This document shows, piece after piece, positions 15,542-24,291 of a stretch of 31,912 nucleotides of DNA. Position numbers and translations under genes: made by a program. Positions within the stretch are counted from its first letter, which is position 1; each line of letters begins with the position of its first letter. The stretch is from a virus. Lineage: Duplodnaviria > Caudoviricetes. The notes under the pieces were generated by a model. It ran no database searches, was not told where the DNA came from, and saw only the letters and a program-made list of their open reading frames with translations. Location: the IMG/VR virus record IMGVR_UViG_3300011335_000099, positions 1 through 31,912 of that record; one strand, given 5' to 3'.

Positions 15542-16436
15542 TCCAATTAACATTACGCAGATTCCTGCGCCTAGAGTTGAGTTAATAGATCCACGCACAG
15601 GTTTAATGTCACGGGAATGGTTTAGGTTCTTTAATAACATCTATACGATTGTTGGCGCTAATTTAGGCATTGTTCAAATACCTAATGGTGGTACAGGGTT
15701 AAGTAGTTACCCTACTAATGGTCAATTATTAATTGGCAATACAGCAGGACAAAAATATGACTTAAATACCTTGACGGCAGGTTCAGGTATAACTATTACC
15801 AATGGTGCGGGTAGTATAACCATTACTGGTACAGGTGGTACGGTTACTAGCGTGTCTGTCGTATCGGCTAATGGCTTTGCTGGCACGGTAGCTAATAGCA
15901 CTACTACACCCGCTATTACGCTAACCACAACTATTACAGGTATTCTTAAAGGCAACGGTACAGCCATTAGCGCAGCAGTAAGCGGTACAGACTACGCACC
16001 AGCTACAAGTGGCACGTCTATTCTGTACGGCAACGGCGCAGGTGGGTTTAACAATGTTACCGTAGGCACAGGATTAACCTTTGCAGCTGGCACGTTAAGC
16101 ACAAGTGGCACTATAACAACAAGCGCGCCAGTTACCAAAACTGCTGATTTTAGTGTAGCATCTACAGATACATGGTTAATAAACAACAAGACAGGCTCTA
16201 CTTGCACGGTTACGCTACCGTCGCCATCTACCAACACAGGGCGGGTTTTATATTTTATTAACTATCAGAATCAATCATTAGTGTCAGCGTCTAGTAATGT
16301 TGTGTCAAGGGCGGGTGGGGCTGCAGGTACAGCCATACTAGATAACGTAGCAGGTAATTGGGCAACCATTGTGTCAGACGGCACAAGCTGGCTTACAACG
16401 CAAGCAGCAACATACAACAACTTATTGCTAGAATAA
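15534..16436 (+). CDS. Tail needle / fibre-like protein (gp26 position)
   Basis: 'MSREWFRFF' N-terminal motif, G/T-rich shaft repeats; ATG 15534 overlapping the gp10 stop preferred over TTG 15495. Confidence 0.65.
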   Translation: MPDPINITQIPAPRVELIDPRTGLMSREWFRFFNNIYTIVGANLGIVQIPNGGTGLSSYPTNGQLLIGNTAGQKYDLNTLTAGSGITITNGAGSITITGTGGTVTSVSVVSANGFAGTVANSTTTPAITLTTTITGILKGNGTAISAAVSGTDYAPATSGTSILYGNGAGGFNNVTVGTGLTFAAGTLSTSGTITTSAPVTKTADFSVASTDTWLINNKTGSTCTVTLPSPSTNTGRVLYFINYQNQSLVSASSNVVSRAGGAAGTAILDNVAGNWATIVSDGTSWLTTQAATYNNLLLE

Positions 16437-16437
16437 T

Positions 16438-16914
16438 ATGCAAATTGAGATGAACGTTACTTACGGACAAGGGTTTTTACCTAGCGCGCCTTTTGACTTA
16501 CGAAATAGGGTAGAAGCATTACAAGCTGAGTTATGTAAGTTGCCTCAGTATGAACCTGAAACAAAACATACGTTCCACGCAGGAATGTATTGTCGTGAAG
16601 TATGGCGTCAAGCAGGCGTGTTAGTTGTAGGAAAAGTTCATAAAAAAGAACATTTTTACCTAATTGTATCTGGTACAGTAGCCATAACAACGGATGATGG
16701 GGTACAATTAATCACAGGCCCTCAATTGCTATGTAGTACGCCTGGCACAAAACGAGCTGTTTATGCCGAAACAGATGCTTTATGTATGACTTTTCATGTT
16801 GTAGATGCTAAAACTGTTGAAGATGCCGAAATTGAATTAGTTGAATCCGATCCGAATGATATGTACGCCGTCGGAAATGTAGTTAAAGACAAACAAGTAG
16901 GGGTGACATTATGA
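16438..16914 (+). CDS. Cupin-fold protein
   Basis: 'HTFHAGMYCRE...GKVHKKEH...PGTKRAVYA...TFH' cupin-like His pattern. Confidence 0.65.
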   Translation: MQIEMNVTYGQGFLPSAPFDLRNRVEALQAELCKLPQYEPETKHTFHAGMYCREVWRQAGVLVVGKVHKKEHFYLIVSGTVAITTDDGVQLITGPQLLCSTPGTKRAVYAETDALCMTFHVVDAKTVEDAEIELVESDPNDMYAVGNVVKDKQVGVTL

Positions 16915-17828
16915 CTTTTTGGGTAGCAGGATCAGTAGCAGCTAGCACTTTAGTAGGGGCTTATACATCTAGTAGAGCTTCTAGCGCGCAACAACAATCA
17001 GCAGGCGAAGCAACGCAAGCGCAACGAGATATTGCTGATCAACAAACTGCGCTTCAACGTGAGCAATATTTAAAACAACTTGAACTAAACGAACCGTTTA
17101 GACAAGCTGGGCTTACAGGCACAAATATGTTGTTAGCGCAGTTGCAAGGCCCTAATGCTTCAGCTAAGTTTGGCGGTGTTGCAGGCTACGATCCAGCAGC
17201 TGCTATGAGGAATTTTGGCGCGTCTGATTTCCAAGCAGATCCAGGGTACGCGTTCCGTTTATCCGAAGGTATGAAAGCTCTTGACCGTACAGCAGCGGCA
17301 AGAGGTGGGTTACTGTCAGGCGCTACTCTTAAAGGAGCGCAACGCTATGGATCTGATTTAGCGTCACAAGAATATCAAAATGCTTTTAATCGTTACCAAG
17401 CCAATCGGTCAGCACAAGAACAAGCATACGGTAACGCATTTAATCGTTTTCAAACTGAAAGAACTAATACCCTTGCACCGTTGCAAAGTCTAGCGGGCGT
17501 AGGACAATCCGCTGCTCAACAAGCTCAACAAGCATCGCAAAATTACGCTGCAGGGACTACGGCATCATTAGGCAATTATGGTAACGCCGCCGCAAGTAAC
17601 ATTATCGGCGCGGGTAATGCAAGAGCGTCTGGCTATGTTGGCGGCGCTAATGCGTTAAGTAGCGGGTTAGGTCAAGGGTTAAATTTCTATCAAAATCAAA
17701 ATTTAGTAAATCAACTACAGAATAACAATTTACGTAGCCAATACGGCGCAAGTAATGTATATAGCGGGGGAAGTGGCAATCCAGCATACGTACCTCCTAC
17801 AGCAGCGCAATACGTAAGTGATTTTTAA
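16911..17828 (+). CDS. DNA ejection (internal virion) protein, P22 gp7 position
   Basis: Q/A/G-rich; 'DPGYAFRL.EG..AAARGGLLSGATLK' motif; hydrophobic N-terminus. Confidence 0.75.
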   Translation: MTFWVAGSVAASTLVGAYTSSRASSAQQQSAGEATQAQRDIADQQTALQREQYLKQLELNEPFRQAGLTGTNMLLAQLQGPNASAKFGGVAGYDPAAAMRNFGASDFQADPGYAFRLSEGMKALDRTAAARGGLLSGATLKGAQRYGSDLASQEYQNAFNRYQANRSAQEQAYGNAFNRFQTERTNTLAPLQSLAGVGQSAAQQAQQASQNYAAGTTASLGNYGNAAASNIIGAGNARASGYVGGANALSSGLGQGLNFYQNQNLVNQLQNNNLRSQYGASNVYSGGSGNPAYVPPTAAQYVSDF

Positions 17829-17837
17829 GGACTAAAT

Positions 17838-19112
17838 ATGGCAACTATTGATCCAAATATAGCAATGGGCGTTAGACCTATTCAAATTGAAAATCCAATG
17901 AATCAATTGGCAGCGTATTCGCAAATTCAAGGCGCGCAACAAGGCCAACAACTTAACGCATTAAAAATGCGTCAAGCGCAACAAGACTTTGATACGCAAA
18001 ATGCGTTAGCTGAAGCATATAAAGGTGCCTTTAACCCAAACACAGGTGCTTTAGATTATAACCTTTTGACTAAACAACTAGCCGAACGCGGTGCTGGAAC
18101 AGCTATTCCTGGTGTTATTGAAGCACAAAAAAAAGCTGCGTTAACGGAACAACAATTAAAAACACAACAAGCTACAGAACAAAAAACATTAACTGAAACA
18201 ACAGGGCTTCAATATAAACAAAAACTTGATAAAGCTAATAAAGCATTAGCGGATATTTCTGCGTTAGACACGCCACAAGAAGCGCTTGCAGGTATTAATA
18301 GACATTTAGCTTCAGGCGACATTGACCAAGCTAAAGCCGATATGCTTAGAAATTCTATTACAACGGCGCCTAATTTTAGAGCTTGGCAAAAATCTACTTT
18401 AGTTAATATTTTAGATGCTAAAGATCGACTTGTAACAGAAGAAACTGCACGCGCTAATTTAGCAAGAGAACAAAATGCAAAGCGTCAAACAGATATATCA
18501 GGCGGTCAATTAAACTTAGCAGAACGACGATTAGCTGCGGACTTAGACCCTAACGTACAAGCAAAACTTGCCGCATCTAAAGCAGCGGGTACAACAGCAG
18601 GTAAAACACAAGCGGCGGCGGCTATAGCGTTACCAAATGCTATTGCAACAAGTGAAAGTCTGCTTGGCAAAATTGACGCTATGATTGGAACACCTGCAGT
18701 TAAAGATAAAAGTGGTAAAGTTATTAACGCAGGCACAGCGCCTCATCCAGGCTTTACAGGTGCAGTAGGTATGGGTAGACTTCAAACTTTAGGTATACCA
18801 GGTGTTGAACAACTTATACCTGGCACTCCTGCGGCTGACTTTAAAGCACGTTTTGATGAAATTATGGGCGGCGCATTTTTGGAAGCCTTTGAGACTCTTA
18901 AAGGTGGCGGTGCTATTACTGAAACAGAAGGTAAAAAAGCAACAGCAGCTAAAACAAGGATGAGTTTAGCGCAAAGTGAAAAAGAATTTCTTACTGCCGC
19001 TAACGAATACAAAGCTATTGTTAAAACAGGTATTGAAAGGGCTAGGAAAAAAGCAGGTGAAGCGCCATCAGGCGGTGTTGATATTGATGCTTTATTAAAA
19101 AAATACGAATAA
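17838..19112 (+). CDS. DNA ejection protein, gp20 position
   Basis: 424-aa A/Q/K-rich helical ORF in the ejection-gene cluster. Confidence 0.6.
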   Translation: MATIDPNIAMGVRPIQIENPMNQLAAYSQIQGAQQGQQLNALKMRQAQQDFDTQNALAEAYKGAFNPNTGALDYNLLTKQLAERGAGTAIPGVIEAQKKAALTEQQLKTQQATEQKTLTETTGLQYKQKLDKANKALADISALDTPQEALAGINRHLASGDIDQAKADMLRNSITTAPNFRAWQKSTLVNILDAKDRLVTEETARANLAREQNAKRQTDISGGQLNLAERRLAADLDPNVQAKLAASKAAGTTAGKTQAAAAIALPNAIATSESLLGKIDAMIGTPAVKDKSGKVINAGTAPHPGFTGAVGMGRLQTLGIPGVEQLIPGTPAADFKARFDEIMGGAFLEAFETLKGGGAITETEGKKATAAKTRMSLAQSEKEFLTAANEYKAIVKTGIERARKKAGEAPSGGVDIDALLKKYE

Positions 19113-19113
19113 C

Positions 19114-21444
19114 ATGGCTACTCTTGAACAGTTAAGTTCTGCGCTTATTAAAGCTGATGCAGCAGGTAATGTTGACGACGCAAAAGCATTAGCAATGGAA
19201 ATTAAGCGTATGCGTGGCGAAACACAAGCGCCAACAATAGCAAACGCGCCCGATGCGCGTCAAAATGTGGCTGCTGAACCTGCGGATGCTCGCAGAGAAA
19301 TGGTGCAACGTGAGTTAACTACTGCTATTGCACCGTTTGCAGGCGCATATACAGGCGTAGGTAACATTGTACTTGGTGGTCAAAAATTGCTTGGTAAAGG
19401 TTTAACAGCGTTAGGCGCTACAGACACAGGGCAATTCTTGACTGAAGATGCCATACGTCGCCAAGAATTGCAAAAACAGTTTATTCAACCGTATAAAGAC
19501 GTGGCACCTGGCTACGCAGGCGCGGGTGAGTTTGCAGGTGAAGTTGTAGCTACGTTGCCTGCTGGCGGTTTAATTGCTAAACCTGTGCAAATGTTAGGTA
19601 AAGTTGCGCCGCAAGTAGCAAGTATAACCACACCGTTAGCAAAATCACTTAGCTCAGGTGGATTTCAAACAGGGATAACCCCTACAACTTTAGCTGGTAG
19701 AACTGGTAATGCGTTAGCAAGATTGGTTGGCGGCGCTACTGTTGGTGGGATATCATCAGCTTTAGTTAATCCTGAAGAAACTGAAACAGGCGCTAGTATT
19801 GGCGCCGTCGCACCTTTTGTTGTACCGCCTGCAGTTAAATTTTTAGCCATAGGCGCAGGTAAATTTATTGATGCGGCTACAGGTAAACTAGCTAATGTTG
19901 AGGCGGGTAAGATTGCTCGTCAAGCAGCTGGTGATCAGATTAATCAGATCCGCGCAGCCAACGGTGCAGCGCCGTTAGACATTAACGCGGCACAAGCAGC
20001 GTACGGTATTGACAATGACGTCTACCAAGCATTTTTAGGGTTTGTGTCTGGCAAAGATAAATCAAGTTATTATCGTGTTCTTAAAGATAAACAAAAAACA
20101 GAACAATTAAATCAGTTAGCGCGTCTAGCTGGTGGGCCATCTTTAACTGAAAATTTAACTTCAGTAAGCGAATTTAAAAATGCGTTAAACAATTTAATGA
20201 CGCCAATTCGTGAAACTGAATTAGCAGCCGCTAACCTTGCAGGCACTCTAGGCCCTAAATTACAAGCAGAAGCAAACGTATTAGGGCAAGCTGCGACAGA
20301 TAAAGTTCAAGACGTACGTCGGTTTGTTGCGGCGGGTGATCGAGCTGCTAATCTTGCAACGCAACGTGTAGTTGAACAAGGTTTGCCAACTAGCACCGCA
20401 CGCTATACATACATAGGCGAGTTAGCTGATAAAGCTGATGAAGTAGCATCGAAAGCAGCTGAAGGGTCGTTACTTTTTGGTGAAGCTGCGCGATTTAAAC
20501 AAGCGGCTACCGACAGCTTGGCGGCGTATGGGTTAAAACCTTTAACAGCTAAGTCTGTTACAAGTCGTATAAATGGTATTTTGCGTAACCCTGAGTTTGC
20601 AGGTAATGATGTTATTGAAGGCGCTATTAAAAGTTTTGGCGATGATGTTGCTAAATGGACAAATAGCGATGGGGTAATAGATGCGTTTGCGTTAGATAGT
20701 TTACGCAAAAATTCTGTTAATGCTGCCGTTGAAAAATTACGCCCAGGGCTAGATCAAACAGCTAAAAAGAACTTAGCTGCAGGCGTAATAGCCCAACTTA
20801 AAACGCCAATCATTAACGCCGTAGAAGAAGCTGGCGGTACAGCGTATGGGCAATACTTGCGTGATTACGCCGCTAATGCTCAACTAATTGACCGACGTAA
20901 ATTAGCAGGAAAAGCGCTGGCTATGTTTAAAACATCGCCTGACGAATTTATCAAACTGGTTCAAGGCGATAACCCTGACGCAGTAGCAAAAGTCTTTGGC
21001 CCAGGCAGTTTTAATATCTTTAAAGAAATGGGCGTTGATATTAAACCTATGCAACAAATTGCGGAAGAATTAACGCGTGATCTTAAATTAGCTGAACAAG
21101 CTAAAGCAGGCGCAAAAGCATTAGGGTTTGAAGATGAAAGCCTTGCCAAAAAGATACCAGGCTTTGTAGGTTATAAGACCGCTATAGTTAAACAAGTCAT
21201 ACGAACTTTAGAAAATAAAGTTAGCGATAAAACAATAGATATACTAGCAAACGCAGCTAAAACAGGCAAAAGTATGAATGAAATTTTAAATACTTTACCT
21301 GCCGATGACCGTATTCAAGTATTAAAAGCGCTTAAAAATGCATCTAATCTTTCGGGTACACGCGCAGGCGTAGCAAGTCTTACTACGCCGCCAGTTAACG
21401 CATTAGCCCCTGAGCAACAAAACCAAAACGCACTTGCAAGGTAA
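19114..21444 (+). CDS. Large DNA ejection protein, gp16 position
   Basis: 776 aa, A/G-rich helical with glycine-rich membrane-like segments; last gene before the lysis cassette. Confidence 0.65.
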   Translation: MATLEQLSSALIKADAAGNVDDAKALAMEIKRMRGETQAPTIANAPDARQNVAAEPADARREMVQRELTTAIAPFAGAYTGVGNIVLGGQKLLGKGLTALGATDTGQFLTEDAIRRQELQKQFIQPYKDVAPGYAGAGEFAGEVVATLPAGGLIAKPVQMLGKVAPQVASITTPLAKSLSSGGFQTGITPTTLAGRTGNALARLVGGATVGGISSALVNPEETETGASIGAVAPFVVPPAVKFLAIGAGKFIDAATGKLANVEAGKIARQAAGDQINQIRAANGAAPLDINAAQAAYGIDNDVYQAFLGFVSGKDKSSYYRVLKDKQKTEQLNQLARLAGGPSLTENLTSVSEFKNALNNLMTPIRETELAAANLAGTLGPKLQAEANVLGQAATDKVQDVRRFVAAGDRAANLATQRVVEQGLPTSTARYTYIGELADKADEVASKAAEGSLLFGEAARFKQAATDSLAAYGLKPLTAKSVTSRINGILRNPEFAGNDVIEGAIKSFGDDVAKWTNSDGVIDAFALDSLRKNSVNAAVEKLRPGLDQTAKKNLAAGVIAQLKTPIINAVEEAGGTAYGQYLRDYAANAQLIDRRKLAGKALAMFKTSPDEFIKLVQGDNPDAVAKVFGPGSFNIFKEMGVDIKPMQQIAEELTRDLKLAEQAKAGAKALGFEDESLAKKIPGFVGYKTAIVKQVIRTLENKVSDKTIDILANAAKTGKSMNEILNTLPADDRIQVLKALKNASNLSGTRAGVASLTTPPVNALAPEQQNQNALAR

Positions 21445-21446
21445 AT

Positions 21447-21644
21447 ATGGAAGCCGAGAACAATACACGAATTAGCGTGCATGAGGCAGTATGCGCGGAA
21501 CGATATAAGCGCATCGAGGAGCTATTTAAAATTGGTGAGAAACGTATGCAACGAATCGAGTATATGTTGTACGGAATTTTAGCGTTTACGTTCTTCGGTA
21601 AGGACACTTTTATGCAATTACTACAAACCGTCATTGTAAAATGA
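21447..21644 (+). CDS. Small coiled-coil protein with one TM helix (lysis cassette)
   Basis: 'HEAVCAERY..I' motif, coiled coil, C-terminal hydrophobic segment. Confidence 0.65.
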   Translation: MEAENNTRISVHEAVCAERYKRIEELFKIGEKRMQRIEYMLYGILAFTFFGKDTFMQLLQTVIVK

Positions 21645-22000
21645 TGCCTGAAGGATTCCTGATTGAAAAGCTAGCGCCTGCCCTTGGTGGTTTGTTTGGT
21701 GGCTTGTCGCTTGCTATGTTCTGGACTCCTGAGAAGCTACAAGAAAAGGGTAAAGTTGCGTCAGTCTTTATTGCAGGCGGTATTAGCGCAATGGCTGGTT
21801 TTGCGTTCACAGGTATTGTTGCTGAAAAGCTAGATATTAACTCTGAGAAGTTAGACGTGTTAATTGGACTAGCGTGGGTGCTTGGAATGTGTAGTGTAGC
21901 GGTCATCAATTGGGTGTCTAACTACATGGTCAAGAGAGAACACATGGACATCCAAGAAATTGCGGATGAGATTAAACATAAGCCAAAAGCAAAAAAATGA
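21641..22000 (+). CDS. Membrane protein, holin-like (about 3 TM)
   Basis: Three hydrophobic segments and a basic C-terminus; ATGA coupled. Confidence 0.6.
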   Translation: MMPEGFLIEKLAPALGGLFGGLSLAMFWTPEKLQEKGKVASVFIAGGISAMAGFAFTGIVAEKLDINSEKLDVLIGLAWVLGMCSVAVINWVSNYMVKREHMDIQEIADEIKHKPKAKK

Positions 22001-22287
22001 CACTTATTCATTGGCTCATGTCTATTTTAGTAATTGAACTAATTGCAGTCTTTGTAGTAGCTTTCTTAGCATTTTCGGGATTCTTTACTGATATGCGGAT
22101 GCTATCTAAAATTGGCATATTTGTAATGACAATGGGCTTGATGGTGCAGATTATGCGCTCATTACACTATTTTGAGTTTGGCGCGTACCCTACAGATACT
22201 TTGTTCCCACTTTGGATAACTAAAGATATTGGCGCGTCTCTAATTATATTTGACTTGGCGTTGCTACATTTTAGGAAAGGTAGATAA
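21997..22287 (+). CDS. Membrane protein (about 3 TM)
   Basis: Three hydrophobic segments; ATGA coupled. Confidence 0.6.
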   Translation: MTLIHWLMSILVIELIAVFVVAFLAFSGFFTDMRMLSKIGIFVMTMGLMVQIMRSLHYFEFGAYPTDTLFPLWITKDIGASLIIFDLALLHFRKGR

Positions 22288-22697
22288 TGTTTGGACTTGA
22301 CGCAATACTTAACATAGGCGGTAAGTTAATTGATAAGCTCATCCCTGATCCAGAGGCAAAAGCTAAGGCACAATTAGAATTAGCAACGCTAGCGCAAAAT
22401 GGTGAGCTAGCGCAGATGGCAAACGATACCAAGTTATATGAAGTAGAACAAACTAATATTAGTGATCGATGGAAGTCTGACATGGGTTCAGATTCGTGGC
22501 TATCTAAAAATATTAGGCCAATGGCGTTGATTGCTATTTTTGTAGCTTACTTTGTGTTTACTATGATGTCAGCCTTTGGTCACAGTCCACAAGAAGGATT
22601 CGTAAATTTGCTTGGCCAATGGGGCCAGATTTGCTTCCTCGCATATTTTGGAGGCAGAACGGTGGAGAAGCTAGCAGATATGAGGAATAAAAAATGA
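22287..22697 (+). CDS. Holin, 3TM gene-transfer-release type
   Basis: 'GGKLIDKLIPDPEAKAKAQLEL', 'SDSWLSKNIRP', 'AYFGGRTVEK' motifs. Confidence 0.8.
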   Translation: MFGLDAILNIGGKLIDKLIPDPEAKAKAQLELATLAQNGELAQMANDTKLYEVEQTNISDRWKSDMGSDSWLSKNIRPMALIAIFVAYFVFTMMSAFGHSPQEGFVNLLGQWGQICFLAYFGGRTVEKLADMRNKK

Positions 22698-23230
22698 TTA
22701 GTAATTGGGATAAGTCTTTTGATATGGTTATCGCCCATGAGGGTGGTTTTACAAATGATGAGCGTGATCCTGGCAATAAGTTACCAGATGGGCGTAAAGG
22801 ATGCACCATGTGGGGGTGTACTCAAGCCAATTGGGAGAAGTACATCGGGCATACTGTTACACAAGATGATATGAAGGCGCTAAAGAAAGAAGATGTTAAA
22901 CCGCTATACAAAAGAGATTATTGGGATGCCGTTCGAGGTGATGATTTACCTGCTGGCGTGGATTACGCCGTGTTTGATTTTGCTATTAATGCTGGACCAG
23001 CCGCTGCTCGTAAGATGATACAGAAAGCCCTAGGTGTAACTGCTGATGGTTCTATTGGCCCTGCGACCATGAAAGCAATTCAAGAGGCAGATGGTAAAGA
23101 CTTGCTAGACAAGTTTAGCAACAGCAAAGAAGCGTTCTACAAGTCCTTGCCGACCTTCCAGACATACGGCAAGGGATGGCTCAAGCGTGTTGCTGACGTG
23201 CAAACATCCGCGTCAACTATGTTAGCGTGA
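22694..23230 (+). CDS. Endolysin, glycoside hydrolase family 108 with C-terminal peptidoglycan-binding domain
   Basis: 'HEGGF.ND..DPG' catalytic motif, 'YWD', 'LPAGVDYAVFDFAINAG', 'GKGWLKR'. Confidence 0.92.
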   Translation: MISNWDKSFDMVIAHEGGFTNDERDPGNKLPDGRKGCTMWGCTQANWEKYIGHTVTQDDMKALKKEDVKPLYKRDYWDAVRGDDLPAGVDYAVFDFAINAGPAAARKMIQKALGVTADGSIGPATMKAIQEADGKDLLDKFSNSKEAFYKSLPTFQTYGKGWLKRVADVQTSASTMLA

Positions 23231-23431
23231 CTGTTGCCTAGCCATCTCACGCGCTTGCAAGCATAACTCAGCGTATTTCTTAGCGGTATCGGGGTGCCAA
23301 CCGCCCATCAATACGTCACAATTAACCTTTGCTCGATCTTCTCTACGCGTTAACTCGGTCATGCCGACCAAGTAAGTGCAGACAATAATGCCGAATAACG
23401 CTACTAAAATAACTACGCCGTCTGTTTTCAT
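23222..23431 (-). CDS. Small membrane-anchored hypothetical protein
   Basis: 69 aa, N-terminal TM, 'C....GGWHPD....C'; SD AGGAG; stop overlaps the endolysin 3' end. Confidence 0.65.
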   Translation of the reverse strand: MKTDGVVILVALFGIIVCTYLVGMTELTRREDRAKVNCDVLMGGWHPDTAKKYAELCLQAREMARQQSR

Positions 23432-23619
23432 ATCACGTCTCCTAGTAATCCTACTGAATAACGGCTTAGTAAACGGAGCTGAAACTTCCGTAAAGCCATA
23501 TTTTCAATCTCACTAACTCGACTACGGGAAATCCCTAACTCATCTGCAACTTCTTGCTGACTCATAAAACTTTCGTTGTTTTGTGGCACAGGTACATAAT
23601 CGTCGTAGTCGTCGTCCAT
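23428..23619 (-). CDS. Stand-alone sigma70 region-4-like HTH protein
   Basis: 'MSQQEVADELGISRSRVSEIENMALRKF' matches the sigma70 r4.2 pattern (TLEEVG..F.VTRERIRQIE.KALRKL). Confidence 0.8.
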   Translation of the reverse strand: MDDDYDDYVPVPQNNESFMSQQEVADELGISRSRVSEIENMALRKFQLRLLSRYSVGLLGDVI

Positions 23620-23795
23620 TAGTAAGCACCTTTCTTTGGTGCGTTATTGGCGTGGCAACAATATCTTTCGCCCATCTGCTTAATCATCTTCTTAGAATCT
23701 TCAACTTGCTTTTGGCGTAATAACTCGCATATCTCAGGGTTAAATCGCCCTGCGCGTATCATTTGCGTGATCATATTCTTGTCGGTATTATTCAT
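23619..23795 (-). CDS. 58-aa hypothetical protein (not in ORF track): MNNTDKNMITQMIRAGRFNPEICELLRQKQVEDSKKMIKQMGERYCCHANNAPKKGAY
   Basis: Manual translation; SD AGGAG at 23805-23801; TAATG coupling to the next gene. Confidence 0.75.
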   Translation of the reverse strand: MNNTDKNMITQMIRAGRFNPEICELLRQKQVEDSKKMIKQMGERYCCHANNAPKKGAY

Positions 23796-23958
23796 AGTTG
23801 CTCCTTGTATTGACTTGTCGATAGGCTTGGATAGCCATTCGCAAATCTTGTTTTAATAATTCTATCTCATAAGTATCCTCTAAAATCCGAGAATACGCTT
23901 CTGTTGCAAATTCAACTAAATTGGCGTGTGACCAAGCGTAGAAATCAGGTTCGGTCAT
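23788..23958 (-). CDS. 56-aa hypothetical protein (not in ORF track): MTEPDFYAWSHANLVEFATEAYSRILEDTYEIELLKQDLRMAIQAYRQVNTRSNYE
   Basis: Manual translation; ATGA coupling upstream, 8-nt overlap downstream. Confidence 0.75.
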   Translation of the reverse strand: MTEPDFYAWSHANLVEFATEAYSRILEDTYEIELLKQDLRMAIQAYRQVNTRSNYE

Positions 23959-24149
23959 GGCGCAATAGCTTCCTTCATAATCTCAATACGCTCACGGCTA
24001 ACTCGCAAGGTGTTGTAACGCATATGCAATCTCTCCATGATGGATGCTCGCTTGAGGCCACGTCGCTCCTCAATCAGCATAATTAATACTTCAGACTCAT
24101 TGAGCTGATTCAGTACGGCTTGCAGCTTGCGCCAACTTAGCGGTTTCAT
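23955..24149 (-). CDS. Hypothetical protein (MKPLSWRKLQ...)
   Basis: ATG 24149 with AAAGG upstream preferred over TTG 24173; helical, basic. Confidence 0.65.
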   Translation of the reverse strand: MKPLSWRKLQAVLNQLNESEVLIMLIEERRGLKRASIMERLHMRYNTLRVSRERIEIMKEAIAP

Positions 24150-24291
24150 GTTCGACCTTTCTTTGTAGTTCAATAGTTTCAGCAGTAATTTTTTTTAATG
24201 ATCTGAGCGCAGCGTTATATTGCCTCGCCCTGATCGTTTCCTCAGCCATCGCCGCTTTTAGCTTGGCTTTGTATTGTAATAACCTTTTCAT
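24097..24291 (-). CDS. Coiled-coil hypothetical protein
   Basis: 64 aa, ATGA coupled with SD AAGGAG; overlaps the next gene by 53 nt. Confidence 0.65.
   Translation of the reverse strand: MKRLLQYKAKLKAAMAEETIRARQYNAALRSLKKITAETIELQRKVEHETAKLAQAASRTESAQ

Noticed and set aside
5749-16436. Diversity-generating retroelement or invertible fibre cassette
   Set aside because: No reverse transcriptase or invertase in the window, and no ~100-nt near-identical repeat pair was noticed by eye; a self dot-plot would settle it
122-22809. Many minus-strand ORFs in the late region (e.g. 122..331, 6332..6652, 13282..13725, 20403..20708)
   Set aside because: They are antisense shadows of well-supported + strand genes, with no SD or recognisable motifs
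23222-23431. Possible spanin or lipoprotein next to the endolysin
   Set aside because: It is on the opposite strand in the early operon, and 'GIIVC' is not a convincing lipobox
23647-24086. Plus-strand ORFs 23647..23856 and 23904..24086
   Set aside because: The region is better explained by coupled minus-strand ORFs with SDs (23619..23795, 23788..23958, 23955..24149)
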